In this document: one piece after another, positions 26,269-35,531 of the stretch
Layout of the letters: each line of letters starts with the position of its first letter
Numbering within the stretch: the first letter of the stretch is position 1
NCBI GenBank assembly: GCA_040902855.1
Contig: JBBDWN010000029.1
Coordinates: forward strand, 1 to 43,755
Origin: Acidimicrobiia bacterium
GTDB lineage: Bacteria; Actinomycetota; Acidimicrobiia; Spongiisociales; ZC4RG35
Direction of reading: 5' to 3'
Length of the DNA: 43,755 nt
The notes under the pieces: generated by a model
Databases searched by the model: none
The model's input: the letters and a program-made list of their open reading frames with translations, nothing else
What the model was told of the DNA's origin: nothing
Position numbers and translations under genes: made by a program

Positions 26269-27447
26269 TCACATTGACAGGAAACGGAGCGCGGCAGACA
26301 CGTACACCTCGGCATGGCGGCCGAGGTCGTCGACCTCGACGTACTCGTCCGCCTGATGGGCGATCCACTTCGCACCTGGGCCGTACACGACGACCGGCAA
26401 AGCGGCGTCGCGCCATAGGATCGTGCCGTCGGTGGTTCCCGGCACACCGCCGTACACCGGTTCGGAGCCGGTCACCTCCCGGTGGGCGGCGCTCACTGCC
26501 TGGACCAACGGGTGGCCCGGGTCGATCGAAGTCGGGGGACGATCGACCAGGACGGTGGGGGTGATCTCGACTCCGGTGGCGGAGGTGACACGGTCGGCTG
26601 CTTCGCCCACCTCCGCCAGCAGGTCAAGATGGTCGACGCCTGGCACCGTGCGCACGTCGAGGGTCAACAACGCCGTCGAAGGGATGACGTTCATCTGGGG
26701 GAGTGATCCGGCGGTGACGTGCGTGGGAGTGAGATATGTCAGGCCCAGGGTGGGATGGTCTCCGGGGTGGCGTTGGTAGTCGGCTTCGATCTCGCGGATC
26801 TCGGTGATCAGCTCAAGTACTGCGGTGATCGGATTGCGAGCCTGGTGGGGCATGGCACCGTGCGCCATTCGGCCTTCGAAGTCGATCCGTAGCCGAATCG
26901 CACCCTTCTGGGTGATGCAGATCTCTCCTGCCTCCGGCTCGCAGACGATCGCCCCGTCGATCCCCCGTGCGTGTCCGCGGCGGACGAAATCGTGCACCCC
27001 GATCATCATCTCTTCTTCGTCGCACAGGACCCCGAGGACGATCGTGCCCGGGAACGGTCCGGCCGACTCGATGGCCCGGGCGGCGAACAGCATCGCCGCC
27101 AGGCCGCCCTTCATGTCTGCCGAACCCCGACCCCAGATCCGCCCACCCACCAGATCTGCACCGAACGGATGGCGCGACCACTCCTCGGGGTCCCCTGGGG
27201 TCACGACATCGGTGTGGCCCTCGAACAGCAGCGTCCGTCCCGGTTGTCCGCCCTCCAGGCGGATGATGCAGTTGGGCCGACCGGGGGCGACCTCCTCGAC
27301 CACCGGGTCCCATCCCCACGACCGGGCGAGTTCGACCACCGCTGCAACGACCGCCGCCTCACCCTGGCCCGGCTGGTTCACGCTGGGGATGCGAACCAGC
27401 CGTCGGGTGAACTCGACCAGGCCGTCCCGGTCGATGGAGGGCTTCAC
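26269..27447 (-). CDS. M20 family metallopeptidase/deacylase (ArgE/DapE-like)
   Basis: GHTDVV, GRGSADMKGG, DEEE, CEPE, GTTDG, AHQADE. GTGA overlap with the SBP stop. Confidence 0.92.
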   Translation of the reverse strand: MKPSIDRDGLVEFTRRLVRIPSVNQPGQGEAAVVAAVVELARSWGWDPVVEEVAPGRPNCIIRLEGGQPGRTLLFEGHTDVVTPGDPEEWSRHPFGADLVGGRIWGRGSADMKGGLAAMLFAARAIESAGPFPGTIVLGVLCDEEEMMIGVHDFVRRGHARGIDGAIVCEPEAGEICITQKGAIRLRIDFEGRMAHGAMPHQARNPITAVLELITEIREIEADYQRHPGDHPTLGLTYLTPTHVTAGSLPQMNVIPSTALLTLDVRTVPGVDHLDLLAEVGEAADRVTSATGVEITPTVLVDRPPTSIDPGHPLVQAVSAAHREVTGSEPVYGGVPGTTDGTILWRDAALPVVVYGPGAKWIAHQADEYVEVDDLGRHAEVYVSAALRFLSM

Positions 27448-28943
27448 GGGTTGATTGCGAGCTTGGTGACGTCGAGGGACAGGCCGGGCAGGTCGGCCTC
27501 GTACCCGGTGACGCCCTGTTCGGTCACCGACAATGCCGGGAGTACGAACAGCCAGTTGTCGGCGGCCACCGCGGTGATCTCCTCCAGGACTGACGCGTAG
27601 AGTTCGTTGCGGGTGGCTTCGTCCGGCTCGGCATCGGCCTGCGCGATGATCGACGCCACCTGAGGGCTGTCGTTGCCCCAGTAGTACTCGGGATTTCCGT
27701 ATTGGAAGACGTCGCGTGGCTCGACGTGGGCGACGATCGACATGTCGTAGTCGTAGTTGGTGAACACGTCTTCCAGCCACACGCCCCACTCGACGTTGGT
27801 GATCTCCACGTTGATCCCCACATCGGCGAGTTGGCTGGCGATGATCTCGCCGGAACGGGTGGCGTACGAGACCGGCGGCAGCACCATCCGGAGGGTCACA
27901 TCCGATACCCCCGCCTCCGCCAGGAGTTCTCGGGCACGGTCCGGGTCGTATGGATAGACATCGGTCAGATCCCGGTACCAGGGGTCGAGCGGGGTGGAGA
28001 ACGAGCCAATCACGGTGCCGTACCCGGCATATGCCAGGTCGACGACCGCTTGGCGGTCGATGGCGTGGGTGATTGCTTGGCGGACCCGTTCGTCGTCGAG
28101 GGGGGCGTTGCGGCCGTTGAGGGACAGAGTGACTTCACCGTTCGTGAGCCCCTGCAGCACCTGAAAGCGGTCGTCGGATTCGAAGGCCGACAGCAGTTCC
28201 GGAGCCGAGACCCCTGCGACGATGTCCAGGTCGCCCGCCAGCATCGCATTGTTGAGTGCGTTGGGGTCGTTGATGTAGCGGAATGTCACCGTCTCGAGCA
28301 GGGCGGGCGTTCCCCAGTAGTCGGGGTTCCGCTCGATCACGATCGAATCGCCCACCGTCCACGAGGAGAACCGGAACGGTCCGGTGCCCACCGGCTCGTT
28401 CTCGATGGTTTCGATCGCCGCTTCGTTGAGGATGATGCCTTGGCCCTGGGTCAGAAAGAAGAGAAGGTTGGCGCTGACCTCATCGACTGTGATTTCAACC
28501 GTCGACGCGTCGACTGCGGTGACACCGGTGATCGGAGCCAGAGTCGCCGCGAACGGGTGAGCTGGATCCTTCGTGAGGACGTTGTTGATGGAGAAGACGA
28601 CATCGTCGGCGTCGAGCGGATCCCCGTTGTGGAATGTCACGCCGTCTCGTAGGGAGAAGATGTAGGTGAGCCCATCGTCGCTCACTTCCCACGACTCGGC
28701 GAGGAGGCCGGTGATCGATCCGTCTGCTTCCAGCTTCACCAGACCCTCGTAGACGTTGTAGAGCAGCACTTGGGGAATGGCGGCTGCCGGACTCGACGTC
28801 AGATCGAGGGTCGGTGGTTCGAGTTGGAGTCCGATCACGGCATCCGGTTGGGCTGAAGGAGTCTGTTGTCCGCCGTCCGATCCCTTGCAGGCGCCAGCGA
28901 CCAGGGTCAGCGCCACCACCGCGATAGTCATTCGTCGTGTCAC
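27444..28943 (-). CDS. Peptide/nickel-type ABC transporter substrate-binding lipoprotein
   Basis: Lipobox LVAGAC, VYEGLV, LAESWEVSDDGLTY, GTGPF, RVRQAI. Confidence 0.93.
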   Translation of the reverse strand: MTRRMTIAVVALTLVAGACKGSDGGQQTPSAQPDAVIGLQLEPPTLDLTSSPAAAIPQVLLYNVYEGLVKLEADGSITGLLAESWEVSDDGLTYIFSLRDGVTFHNGDPLDADDVVFSINNVLTKDPAHPFAATLAPITGVTAVDASTVEITVDEVSANLLFFLTQGQGIILNEAAIETIENEPVGTGPFRFSSWTVGDSIVIERNPDYWGTPALLETVTFRYINDPNALNNAMLAGDLDIVAGVSAPELLSAFESDDRFQVLQGLTNGEVTLSLNGRNAPLDDERVRQAITHAIDRQAVVDLAYAGYGTVIGSFSTPLDPWYRDLTDVYPYDPDRARELLAEAGVSDVTLRMVLPPVSYATRSGEIIASQLADVGINVEITNVEWGVWLEDVFTNYDYDMSIVAHVEPRDVFQYGNPEYYWGNDSPQVASIIAQADAEPDEATRNELYASVLEEITAVAADNWLFVLPALSVTEQGVTGYEADLPGLSLDVTKLAINP

Positions 28944-28985
28944 CTTGCGCTCCGTCCTCAGGATCAGGGCATCCTAGAGGTAATG

Positions 28986-30590
28986 TCACGCACTGACCGT
29001 TCCGTCCAGTCGCGGGATCGATGCAACCAGTTGGCGGGTGTACTCGTCCCTTGGAGTCCGGAAGACGTCGTCGGCGGGCCCGGTCTCCACCGCACGTCCC
29101 GACTCCATCACGAGCACCCGGTCACAGATGCGGTGGACCACCGAGAGGTCGTGGCTGATGAAGATCATGGTGAGGTCGAACTCCTCTTTCAGCCTGGCGA
29201 GCAGGTCGAGGGTCACCGTTTGGACTGACATGTCCAGCGCACTCACCGGCTCGTCGGCCACGAGGATCTTCGGATCCGGGGCGAGGGCACGGGCGATGGC
29301 GATGCGCTGGCGCTGCCCCCCCGAGAACTCGTGCGGGTAGCGGTCAGCGGTGTCCACCGGGAGTGACACTGCTTCCAGGAGCTCCCTGACCCGGGTTTCG
29401 TGGTCCCCGCCGATCTTCAGAGAGCGAAGCGGCTCGGCCACGATGTCGCCGATCCGGATCCGCGGGTCGAGGCTGCCCATCGGGTCCTGGAACACCATCT
29501 GGGCGATGTGGCGAAGGGGTCGCAGATCCTTGGTGGCCGTCAGGTCGATACCGTCCACCGTGATCGACCCGGTGTCTGGTCGATTGAGGCCGATGAGTAT
29601 GCGGGCGAGGGTGGTCTTTCCCGATCCCGACTCTCCGACGATCCCGAACGTCTCGCCGCGGTGGATGTCGAGACTCACGCCGTCCACCGCCCGGATCACT
29701 GGGCCGGGTTCTCCCAGCCGTCGTCGGCGCAGTGTGTAGCTGCGCTTGAGATCGCGAGCGGAGATGATCAACTCCGCCGAAGACGGGGTGTGGGGCTTGG
29801 TCGGCATCGCACCGCTCCGGCTCATCGACGGCACCGCCTCGACCAATCGTCGGGTAACCGGGTGGACCGGTGCGTCAAACAGTTGACGGGTGGCGCCCCG
29901 GTCGACGATCTTGCCTCCTTCGATGACCAACAGATCGTCAGTGATGCCGGCGACGACGGGCAGGTCGTGGGTGATGAGGAGGAGGGCGGCATCGGTAGCG
30001 GCGAGACGGGAACGCAACACCGACAGCACTTGGGCCTGGACGGTCACATCGAGGGCAGTGGTGGGCTCGTCGGCGATCACCAGCGCTGGGCCGCACGCCA
30101 GGGCCATCGCGATCATCGCCCGCTGCCGCTGTCCGCCGGACAACTCGTGCGGATAGGCGCGGGCTCTCCGCTCCGGTTGGTCGATTCCGACCGCCTCCAG
30201 CAGCGCCACCGCTTCGGCGTCGGCGTCGGAATCCGACATGCCCCGGTGGATGCGGAGCGGCTCGGACACCTGCCGCCCCACCCGCATGACGGCATTCATC
30301 GCCGTCATCGGCTCCTGGAAGATCATCGACATCGAGTTGCCCCGATGGACGGTGAGGGCACTATCTGGCCGTCCGACGAGTTGTTCCCCGTCGAGTGTGA
30401 TCGAGCCGGACACCTCCAGCCCGTCGGGGAGTAGTCCCATGATCGCCAACGCGGTGAGGGTCTTGCCTGATCCCGATTCTCCGATCAGCCCGGTGCGTCC
30501 ACCCCGATCCATCGCAAAGGAAACGTTGTCGACGAGCGGCTGGCCCGACCGCGTGGCGATCGTCAAGCCCTCCACTGTCAGCAACGTCAT
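28986..30590 (-). CDS. Peptide ABC transporter ATPase with two fused NBDs
   Basis: Two Walker A (GESGSGKT), two LSGGQRQR/FSGGQRQR signatures and DEP Walker B motifs. Confidence 0.95.
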   Translation of the reverse strand: MTLLTVEGLTIATRSGQPLVDNVSFAMDRGGRTGLIGESGSGKTLTALAIMGLLPDGLEVSGSITLDGEQLVGRPDSALTVHRGNSMSMIFQEPMTAMNAVMRVGRQVSEPLRIHRGMSDSDADAEAVALLEAVGIDQPERRARAYPHELSGGQRQRAMIAMALACGPALVIADEPTTALDVTVQAQVLSVLRSRLAATDAALLLITHDLPVVAGITDDLLVIEGGKIVDRGATRQLFDAPVHPVTRRLVEAVPSMSRSGAMPTKPHTPSSAELIISARDLKRSYTLRRRRLGEPGPVIRAVDGVSLDIHRGETFGIVGESGSGKTTLARILIGLNRPDTGSITVDGIDLTATKDLRPLRHIAQMVFQDPMGSLDPRIRIGDIVAEPLRSLKIGGDHETRVRELLEAVSLPVDTADRYPHEFSGGQRQRIAIARALAPDPKILVADEPVSALDMSVQTVTLDLLARLKEEFDLTMIFISHDLSVVHRICDRVLVMESGRAVETGPADDVFRTPRDEYTRQLVASIPRLDGTVSA

Positions 30591-31411
30591 GTGCGCCGCA
30601 CCTCCAGTCGGGGGTCGAGCGCGTCTCGCAGTCCGTCACCCAGCAGGTTGAACCCCAGCACGGTGAAGGCGATCGCCAGTCCGGGCCACACCGCCAGCCG
30701 GGGAGACAGTTGGATGAAGGTCTGGGCATCGCGCAGGCTCCGACCCCACGAGGGACGGGGCGGTTGGGCCCCGATCCCCAGGAAGGACAGGGCCGCCTCG
30801 GCGAGGATGGCGAGGGCGAAGAGCACCGTCACCTGCACGATCAGCACCGAGGCGATGTTCGGGAGGACGTGGCGAAAGAAGATGTAGGCCTTTCGTCGGC
30901 CGTAGGTGCGTGCGGCGGCCACGTAGTCGAGTTCGAACACGCTGAGGGCGGCACCACGGGTGACCCGGGCCACGATCGGGACGTAGGCGATGCCGATGGC
31001 GACCATCGCCGGTCCGATCCCGGGAGAGACCGCCGCCACCAACAGGATCGCCAGCAGCACCGGCGGGAATGCGTAGATCACGTCGGAGAGACGCATGATC
31101 CCTTCTTCCGTCCATCCGCGGCGGGCGGCGGCGAGTCCACCCAGCGGGATCCCGATCACCACCGCGATGCCGACGGCCAGGATCCCGACGAAGAGGGCGG
31201 TCTGGGAGCCGACCATGATCTGGGAGAGGACGTCTCGGCCGAACTGGTCGGTTCCCAACAGGTGCCCGTTCTCGCCGACGCCGAGGAGTCGTTCGGTCGA
31301 CGAGATCTGCTGCGGGTCGTACGGAGTCCACACGAACGACACCAGAGCAGTGACGATCACCAAAACGACGATGGACGCCCCGACCACCAGGTTGATCCGT
31401 TTCCACCTCAT
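30587..31411 (-). CDS. Peptide ABC transporter permease (DppC-like)
   Basis: HLLGTDQFGRDVLS, RHVLPN, EAALSFLGIG, FNLLGDGLRDALDPR. ATG 31411 overlaps the upstream stop. Confidence 0.93.
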   Translation of the reverse strand: MRWKRINLVVGASIVVLVIVTALVSFVWTPYDPQQISSTERLLGVGENGHLLGTDQFGRDVLSQIMVGSQTALFVGILAVGIAVVIGIPLGGLAAARRGWTEEGIMRLSDVIYAFPPVLLAILLVAAVSPGIGPAMVAIGIAYVPIVARVTRGAALSVFELDYVAAARTYGRRKAYIFFRHVLPNIASVLIVQVTVLFALAILAEAALSFLGIGAQPPRPSWGRSLRDAQTFIQLSPRLAVWPGLAIAFTVLGFNLLGDGLRDALDPRLEVRRT

Positions 31412-32343
31412 CGCCTGGCCACCCGAGGATCGACGAAGCGGTAGGTGAGGTCGACGAGCAGGTTGATCGTCAGAATGAACGCCACGATCACGAAGGCTCC
31501 GCCCTGGACGAGCAGCAGGTCTCGGCGGGTGATCGCCTGCAGCAGCATGGATCCGAGCCCTGGGAGGACGAAGACAGTCTCGATCACGACGGTGCCGGCC
31601 AGCAGGGCGGCGAACTGGAGGCCGAGAATCGTCAGCACTGGGATGGCGGCGTTGCGCAGCCCGTGACGCCACAGCGCGGCGGAGCGGCTCAGGCCTTTGG
31701 CGCGGGCGGTGCGGATGTAGTCCTCTCGCATCGTGTCGAGGACCGCAGAGCGCACGTAGCGGGTGATGATCGCCCCCTGCACGATGGCAAGGGACAGGGC
31801 CGGGAGGAACAGCGCTCGCAGGGCTTGCCCGACCGAGTCCCAGCCGGGGAAACCGTTGGCAGGAAACCACCCGCGGCCAACGGCGAAAACGGTGACAAGG
31901 ATGAGTCCCGCCCAGAACGCCGGGATCGCCAACCCGATCTGGCTGAGGGTGGTCACCACCGTGTCGCCCAGCCGGCGATGACGGGAGGCTGAATACACCC
32001 CGGCCGGGAATGCCAGCAGGATCGTCATCGTCATCGCCATCACCGCCAGCGGCATTGTCACCCGCAGGCGGGCGGCGATCTGGGCGGCGATGTCCTGACC
32101 GGAGAAGATCGACGTGCCGAGATCGCCGCGAACAACGCCACTGAGCCAGTCGAAGTATTGGATCGGCATCGGTCGGTCGAGGCCGAGTTCGGTGCGCAAC
32201 GCCGCCACCGATTCCGGCGTCGCCTGCGTGCCGAGCATCACCTGCGCCGGATCTCCCGGAAGGATCGACATCACCGAGAACACGAGTCCCGACGCCACCA
32301 CCACCGAGAACAGGAAGACCCCGAGCCGGCGAACAAGGTACAT
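31408..32343 (-). CDS. Peptide ABC transporter permease (DppB-like)
   Basis: MYLVRRL, LPGDPA, GDLGTS, EDYIRTARAKGL, HGLRNA, DPR C-terminus. ATG 32343. Confidence 0.93.
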   Translation of the reverse strand: MYLVRRLGVFLFSVVVASGLVFSVMSILPGDPAQVMLGTQATPESVAALRTELGLDRPMPIQYFDWLSGVVRGDLGTSIFSGQDIAAQIAARLRVTMPLAVMAMTMTILLAFPAGVYSASRHRRLGDTVVTTLSQIGLAIPAFWAGLILVTVFAVGRGWFPANGFPGWDSVGQALRALFLPALSLAIVQGAIITRYVRSAVLDTMREDYIRTARAKGLSRSAALWRHGLRNAAIPVLTILGLQFAALLAGTVVIETVFVLPGLGSMLLQAITRRDLLLVQGGAFVIVAFILTINLLVDLTYRFVDPRVARR

Positions 32344-32375
32344 ATGGCTGGTTGATAGCACCCTGAGCCGGTCAG

Positions 32376-32505
32376 TCGCTCGCTGCGCTCGCTCGGGCCC
32401 CCCTCGACGGTCCACTTCGTGTCCCGTCGGTCCCCCCGGGCGGGGGGACCGATCTGATCGTTTTCCCCCTTGGGGAAGGTGTCGCCCACTGGGCGACGGA
32501 AGGGG
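32376..32505. repeat. Cluster of REP-like GC-rich palindromes between divergent promoters
   Basis: TCGGTCCCCCC-GGGC-GGGGGGACCGA (32427-32452), TTCCCC-CTT-GGGGAA (32463-32477), GTCGCCCA-C-TGGGCGAC (32481-32497) and CGCT iterations (32376-32395). Confidence 0.6.
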
Positions 32506-32543
32506 CAAAGAACCTCCCACACGTGGCTGTCTAAGCTTGGGGC

Positions 32544-32957
32544 ATGGGTGTGATTCTCAATCTGATCTGGCTGGTCGTGGCGGGGATCGAGTTGGCGGTT
32601 GCCTACGTCATCGCCGGACTGCTCCTGATGGTCACGATCGTCGGCATCCCGTTCGGTATCCAGGCGTTCAAGTTGGCGGGCTTCGCGTTGTGGCCGTTCG
32701 GCAAGGCGGTCGTGCGGACGAAGACCCCCGGCGTGCTCGCCGGGATCGGCAACCTGCTGTGGGTGGTGCTGGCCGGATGGTGGCTGGCGCTGGCGCACAT
32801 CCTCACCGGGATACTGCTCTGCCTCACGATCATTGGCATCCCGATGGGAATCGCCAGCTTCAAGATGACACGCCTCGCCCTCGCACCGTTCGGACGCGAG
32901 GTGGTCGATCGGGCGGGCAAGGACGGGCTACCCGAGGACGCAGTCACTGTTCGCTGA
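32544..32957 (+). CDS. yccF: YccF domain-containing membrane protein
   Basis: Two repeats of NLIW...G...TIVGIPFG..FKLA..ALWPFG. TAAGCT -10 lies 6 nt upstream. Confidence 0.88.
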   Translation: MGVILNLIWLVVAGIELAVAYVIAGLLLMVTIVGIPFGIQAFKLAGFALWPFGKAVVRTKTPGVLAGIGNLLWVVLAGWWLALAHILTGILLCLTIIGIPMGIASFKMTRLALAPFGREVVDRAGKDGLPEDAVTVR

Positions 32958-32977
32958 GCGGTTCTAGTCTGACCGTC

Positions 32978-33769
32978 GTGTCCGGACTCGACGCCTATCG
33001 CGCGCTCTTCGACCTGACGGGCAAGCGCGCCATCGTGATTGGCGCCGGGAGCGGCATCGGCCGCGCCGGAGCCCTCGGGCTTGCTGCGCACGGGGCCGAA
33101 GTCGTGTGCGCCGATCTCGCTGCGACCGCCGCGGCCGACGTGGCCGCCGAGATCCGTGACGCGGGTGGCTCTTCCACGGCCGAAACGGTTGATGTCGCTG
33201 ATTCCACCTCGGTCGGCGAGTTCTTCGATCGGGTGGGCGCGCACGATGTCCTGGTCACGACGCCCGCCATCAACGTCCGTAAACGTCTTCTCGACCTGAC
33301 CGAGGAGGAGTTCCGCCGGGTCGTCTCGGTCAACCTCGAAGGAACGTTCAACGTCGTGACGAGATCGGGACGGATCATGGCGGACGGTGGGGGAGGGTCG
33401 ATCGTCGTCGTCTCCTCGATCCGGGCCCAGGTCGTGGAACCGGGCCAGGGGGTGTACGCGGCGACGAAGGCCGGCGTGTTGCAGATGATTCGCGCCCTGG
33501 CAGCCGAACTCGGCCCCGTCGGAGTCCGCGCCAATGCGCTGGCGCCGGGGGTCGTGGAGACCCCGCTCACCCAACAGATCAAGAACGACCCTGACTGGTA
33601 CGAGGCGTATGCCCAGAAGGGTGCCCTCGGGCGTTGGGCACAACCGATCGAGATGGCGGGCCCGATCGTCTATCTCGCCTCCGACGCGGCGTCGTTCGTG
33701 ACGGCGTCGCTGCTCGTCGTCGACGGCGGGTGGCTGGCGATCGACGGCCGCTTCACCCCGCCGCTGTGA
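32978..33769 (+). CDS. Short-chain dehydrogenase/reductase
   Basis: GAGSGIG, catalytic S and YAATK, NALAPG, VDGGW. GTG 32978 with TAGTCT 7 nt upstream. Confidence 0.92.
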   Translation: MSGLDAYRALFDLTGKRAIVIGAGSGIGRAGALGLAAHGAEVVCADLAATAAADVAAEIRDAGGSSTAETVDVADSTSVGEFFDRVGAHDVLVTTPAINVRKRLLDLTEEEFRRVVSVNLEGTFNVVTRSGRIMADGGGGSIVVVSSIRAQVVEPGQGVYAATKAGVLQMIRALAAELGPVGVRANALAPGVVETPLTQQIKNDPDWYEAYAQKGALGRWAQPIEMAGPIVYLASDAASFVTASLLVVDGGWLAIDGRFTPPL

Positions 33770-34644
33770 ACACGACGATCACCGCCATCCCGGGGATCGA
33801 GGTCGGACATTGGACCGACGCCGAGGCGATGACCGGATGCACCGTCGTGGTCTTGCCGGAGCCGAACGTCGTCACTGCCGAGACCCGCGGCGCCGCCCCC
33901 GGCTCACGGGAGACCGCCTTGTTGGAGCCGGGCATGGCGGTCGAGCAGTGCCACGCCATCCTCCTCACCGGAGGAAGCGCGTTCGGACTTGCTGCGGCCG
34001 ACGGCGTGATGCGTGAGTTGGCGTCAGATGGTCGGGGTCATCTGACACCCGCCGGTCCGGTGCCGATCGTTCCTGCCGCGGTCATCTTCGATCTGATGGT
34101 CGGTGACGGCTCGGTCCGACCCGGTCCGGACGCTGGTGCCTCCGCCTTTCGCGCCAGGTCCGTGGCGCCGGTGCCGTTGGGTGCCGTCGGGGCGGGTGCC
34201 GGGGCGACGGTGGCGAAATGGCGCAATGCGACGATGGCGGCCGGGATCGGATCGGCCATTGCGACTCGGGCCGGAGCCACCGTCGGAGCGCTCGTCGTCC
34301 TCAACGCCATCGGCGATGTCTTCACACTCGAGGGCGAGCCGCTGACCGGCGGACCTCACGTATCGGCGGCTCCTGCCTTCGAGCCGGAGTGGGGCCAGAA
34401 CACGACCCTCGTGGTCGTTGCGACCGACGCCCGGTTCAACCGATCCGACCTCACCCGCCTCGCCGTCCGCGGTCAGGACGCGCTCGCAGCGTGCATCCGA
34501 CCCGCTCATACCCGCTTCGACGGCGACACCTGCTTCGCGGTGAGTTGCGGGTCGGTCGAGGTGCCACGTCACATTGTCGCCGAGGCGGCCTTCGAAGCGG
34601 TCGGCCGGGCGATCGAATCGGCGGTGCGCTCGGTCGCGACGTGA
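33766..34644 (+). CDS. P1/S58 family peptidase (DmpA-like)
   Basis: ITAIPGIEVGH, RGAAPGSRET, LTGGSAFGL, autoprocessing site QNTT, HTRFDGD. GTGA overlap. Confidence 0.9.
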   Translation: MNTTITAIPGIEVGHWTDAEAMTGCTVVVLPEPNVVTAETRGAAPGSRETALLEPGMAVEQCHAILLTGGSAFGLAAADGVMRELASDGRGHLTPAGPVPIVPAAVIFDLMVGDGSVRPGPDAGASAFRARSVAPVPLGAVGAGAGATVAKWRNATMAAGIGSAIATRAGATVGALVVLNAIGDVFTLEGEPLTGGPHVSAAPAFEPEWGQNTTLVVVATDARFNRSDLTRLAVRGQDALAACIRPAHTRFDGDTCFAVSCGSVEVPRHIVAEAAFEAVGRAIESAVRSVAT

Positions 34645-34675
34645 GCGCCACGGTCCGGACTGCTCCTTGGACGCA

Positions 34676-34706
34676 TGTAGACGAAACGTCTACACGCCCG
34701 TACGGT
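34676..34706 (+). promoter_or_regulatory. TA operon operator (TGTAGACG-AAA-CGTCTACA) and -10 (TACGGT)
   Basis: Perfect 8-bp inverted repeat at 34676-34694. TACGGT at 34701-34706, 7 nt before the antitoxin ATG. Confidence 0.65.
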
Positions 34707-34713
34707 GGATCCC

Positions 34714-34953
34714 ATGACAGCAACCACCACGACGATCCGTGTCGATCGCGAGACGCACGCCAGGCTTCTCGAACTGAGTCGAGTGTCAGGGCGGCCTCTC
34801 ATCGAGACGGTGAAATCAGCGGCGGAAGCGCTCGAACGGCAGGCCTTTGTCACGCGGGTGCGGGCCGAGTTCGAGGCGATGTCGGACGAAGAGATGGCGT
34901 CGTATCGGGCGGAGATCGACAGCCTTACGGTCTCCGATGGCATCGATAGATGA
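34714..34953 (+). CDS. Putative antitoxin (ribbon-helix-helix-like N-terminus)
   Basis: TTTIRVDRETHARLLELS followed by an acidic C-terminus ending DGI. Overlaps the toxin gene. Confidence 0.75.
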   Translation: MTATTTTIRVDRETHARLLELSRVSGRPLIETVKSAAEALERQAFVTRVRAEFEAMSDEEMASYRAEIDSLTVSDGIDR

Positions 34954-35275
34954 GATCTGGACCGTCGATTTCGGCGACCCACGCCCATCCGAGCCGGCGT
35001 TTGAACGACCTGCGGTCGTCGTCGGTCCACCGGATGACTTCGGTCCCCGATTTCCGGTCCTTCTCGTCGTGCCCTTCACCAGCACCGATCGGGGTCTGAC
35101 CCTCCACGTTGGGGTACGGCCCACTCGGGACAACGGACTTCGTTTCCAGAGTTACGCCCAGCCAGAGTTGCTGAGGTCGGTCAACCGCCATCGACTGAGT
35201 GCCCGACTGGGCGTTCTGGATCCTGTATCCAGCGAACGCATTCGTCGGGCCATCAGGGTCCTGCTTGGTTTGTGA
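34937..35275 (+). CDS. mazF: PemK/MazF family toxin
   Basis: EIWTVDFGDPRPSEPAFERPAVVV, VVPFTST, NGL..SYAQPELLRSVNRHRL..RLG. Confidence 0.88.
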   Translation: MASIDEIWTVDFGDPRPSEPAFERPAVVVGPPDDFGPRFPVLLVVPFTSTDRGLTLHVGVRPTRDNGLRFQSYAQPELLRSVNRHRLSARLGVLDPVSSERIRRAIRVLLGL

Positions 35276-35297
35276 TTGCTTCGCGAGACAGACCAAC

Positions 35298-35531
35298 TCA
35301 TAGCCAGGTGTCGTTCGACCGGTCCCGGGTCAGATAACTCCACCGTCGGCAGCCGAAGGCGTGGAACCAGGCTTCGGGAGCGGGACCGTTGGGGTTGGAC
35401 TTCATGTACACACGGTCGACGTCTCTGGCGTCCGGATCGGTGATGTCGTCGGGAACCTGTGGCACCTCGCCGTATCCGAACTCCTCCACCGAGCGGAGAC
35501 CGCAGAACGAGCACGGGATCTGCAGCGCCAT
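35298..35531 (-). CDS. soxD: Sarcosine oxidase delta-like subunit
   Basis: IPCSFCGLRSVEEFGYG and EAWFHAFGCRRW Zn-binding pattern. TGATG coupling to the beta-like gene. Confidence 0.85.
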   Translation of the reverse strand: MALQIPCSFCGLRSVEEFGYGEVPQVPDDITDPDARDVDRVYMKSNPNGPAPEAWFHAFGCRRWSYLTRDRSNDTWL

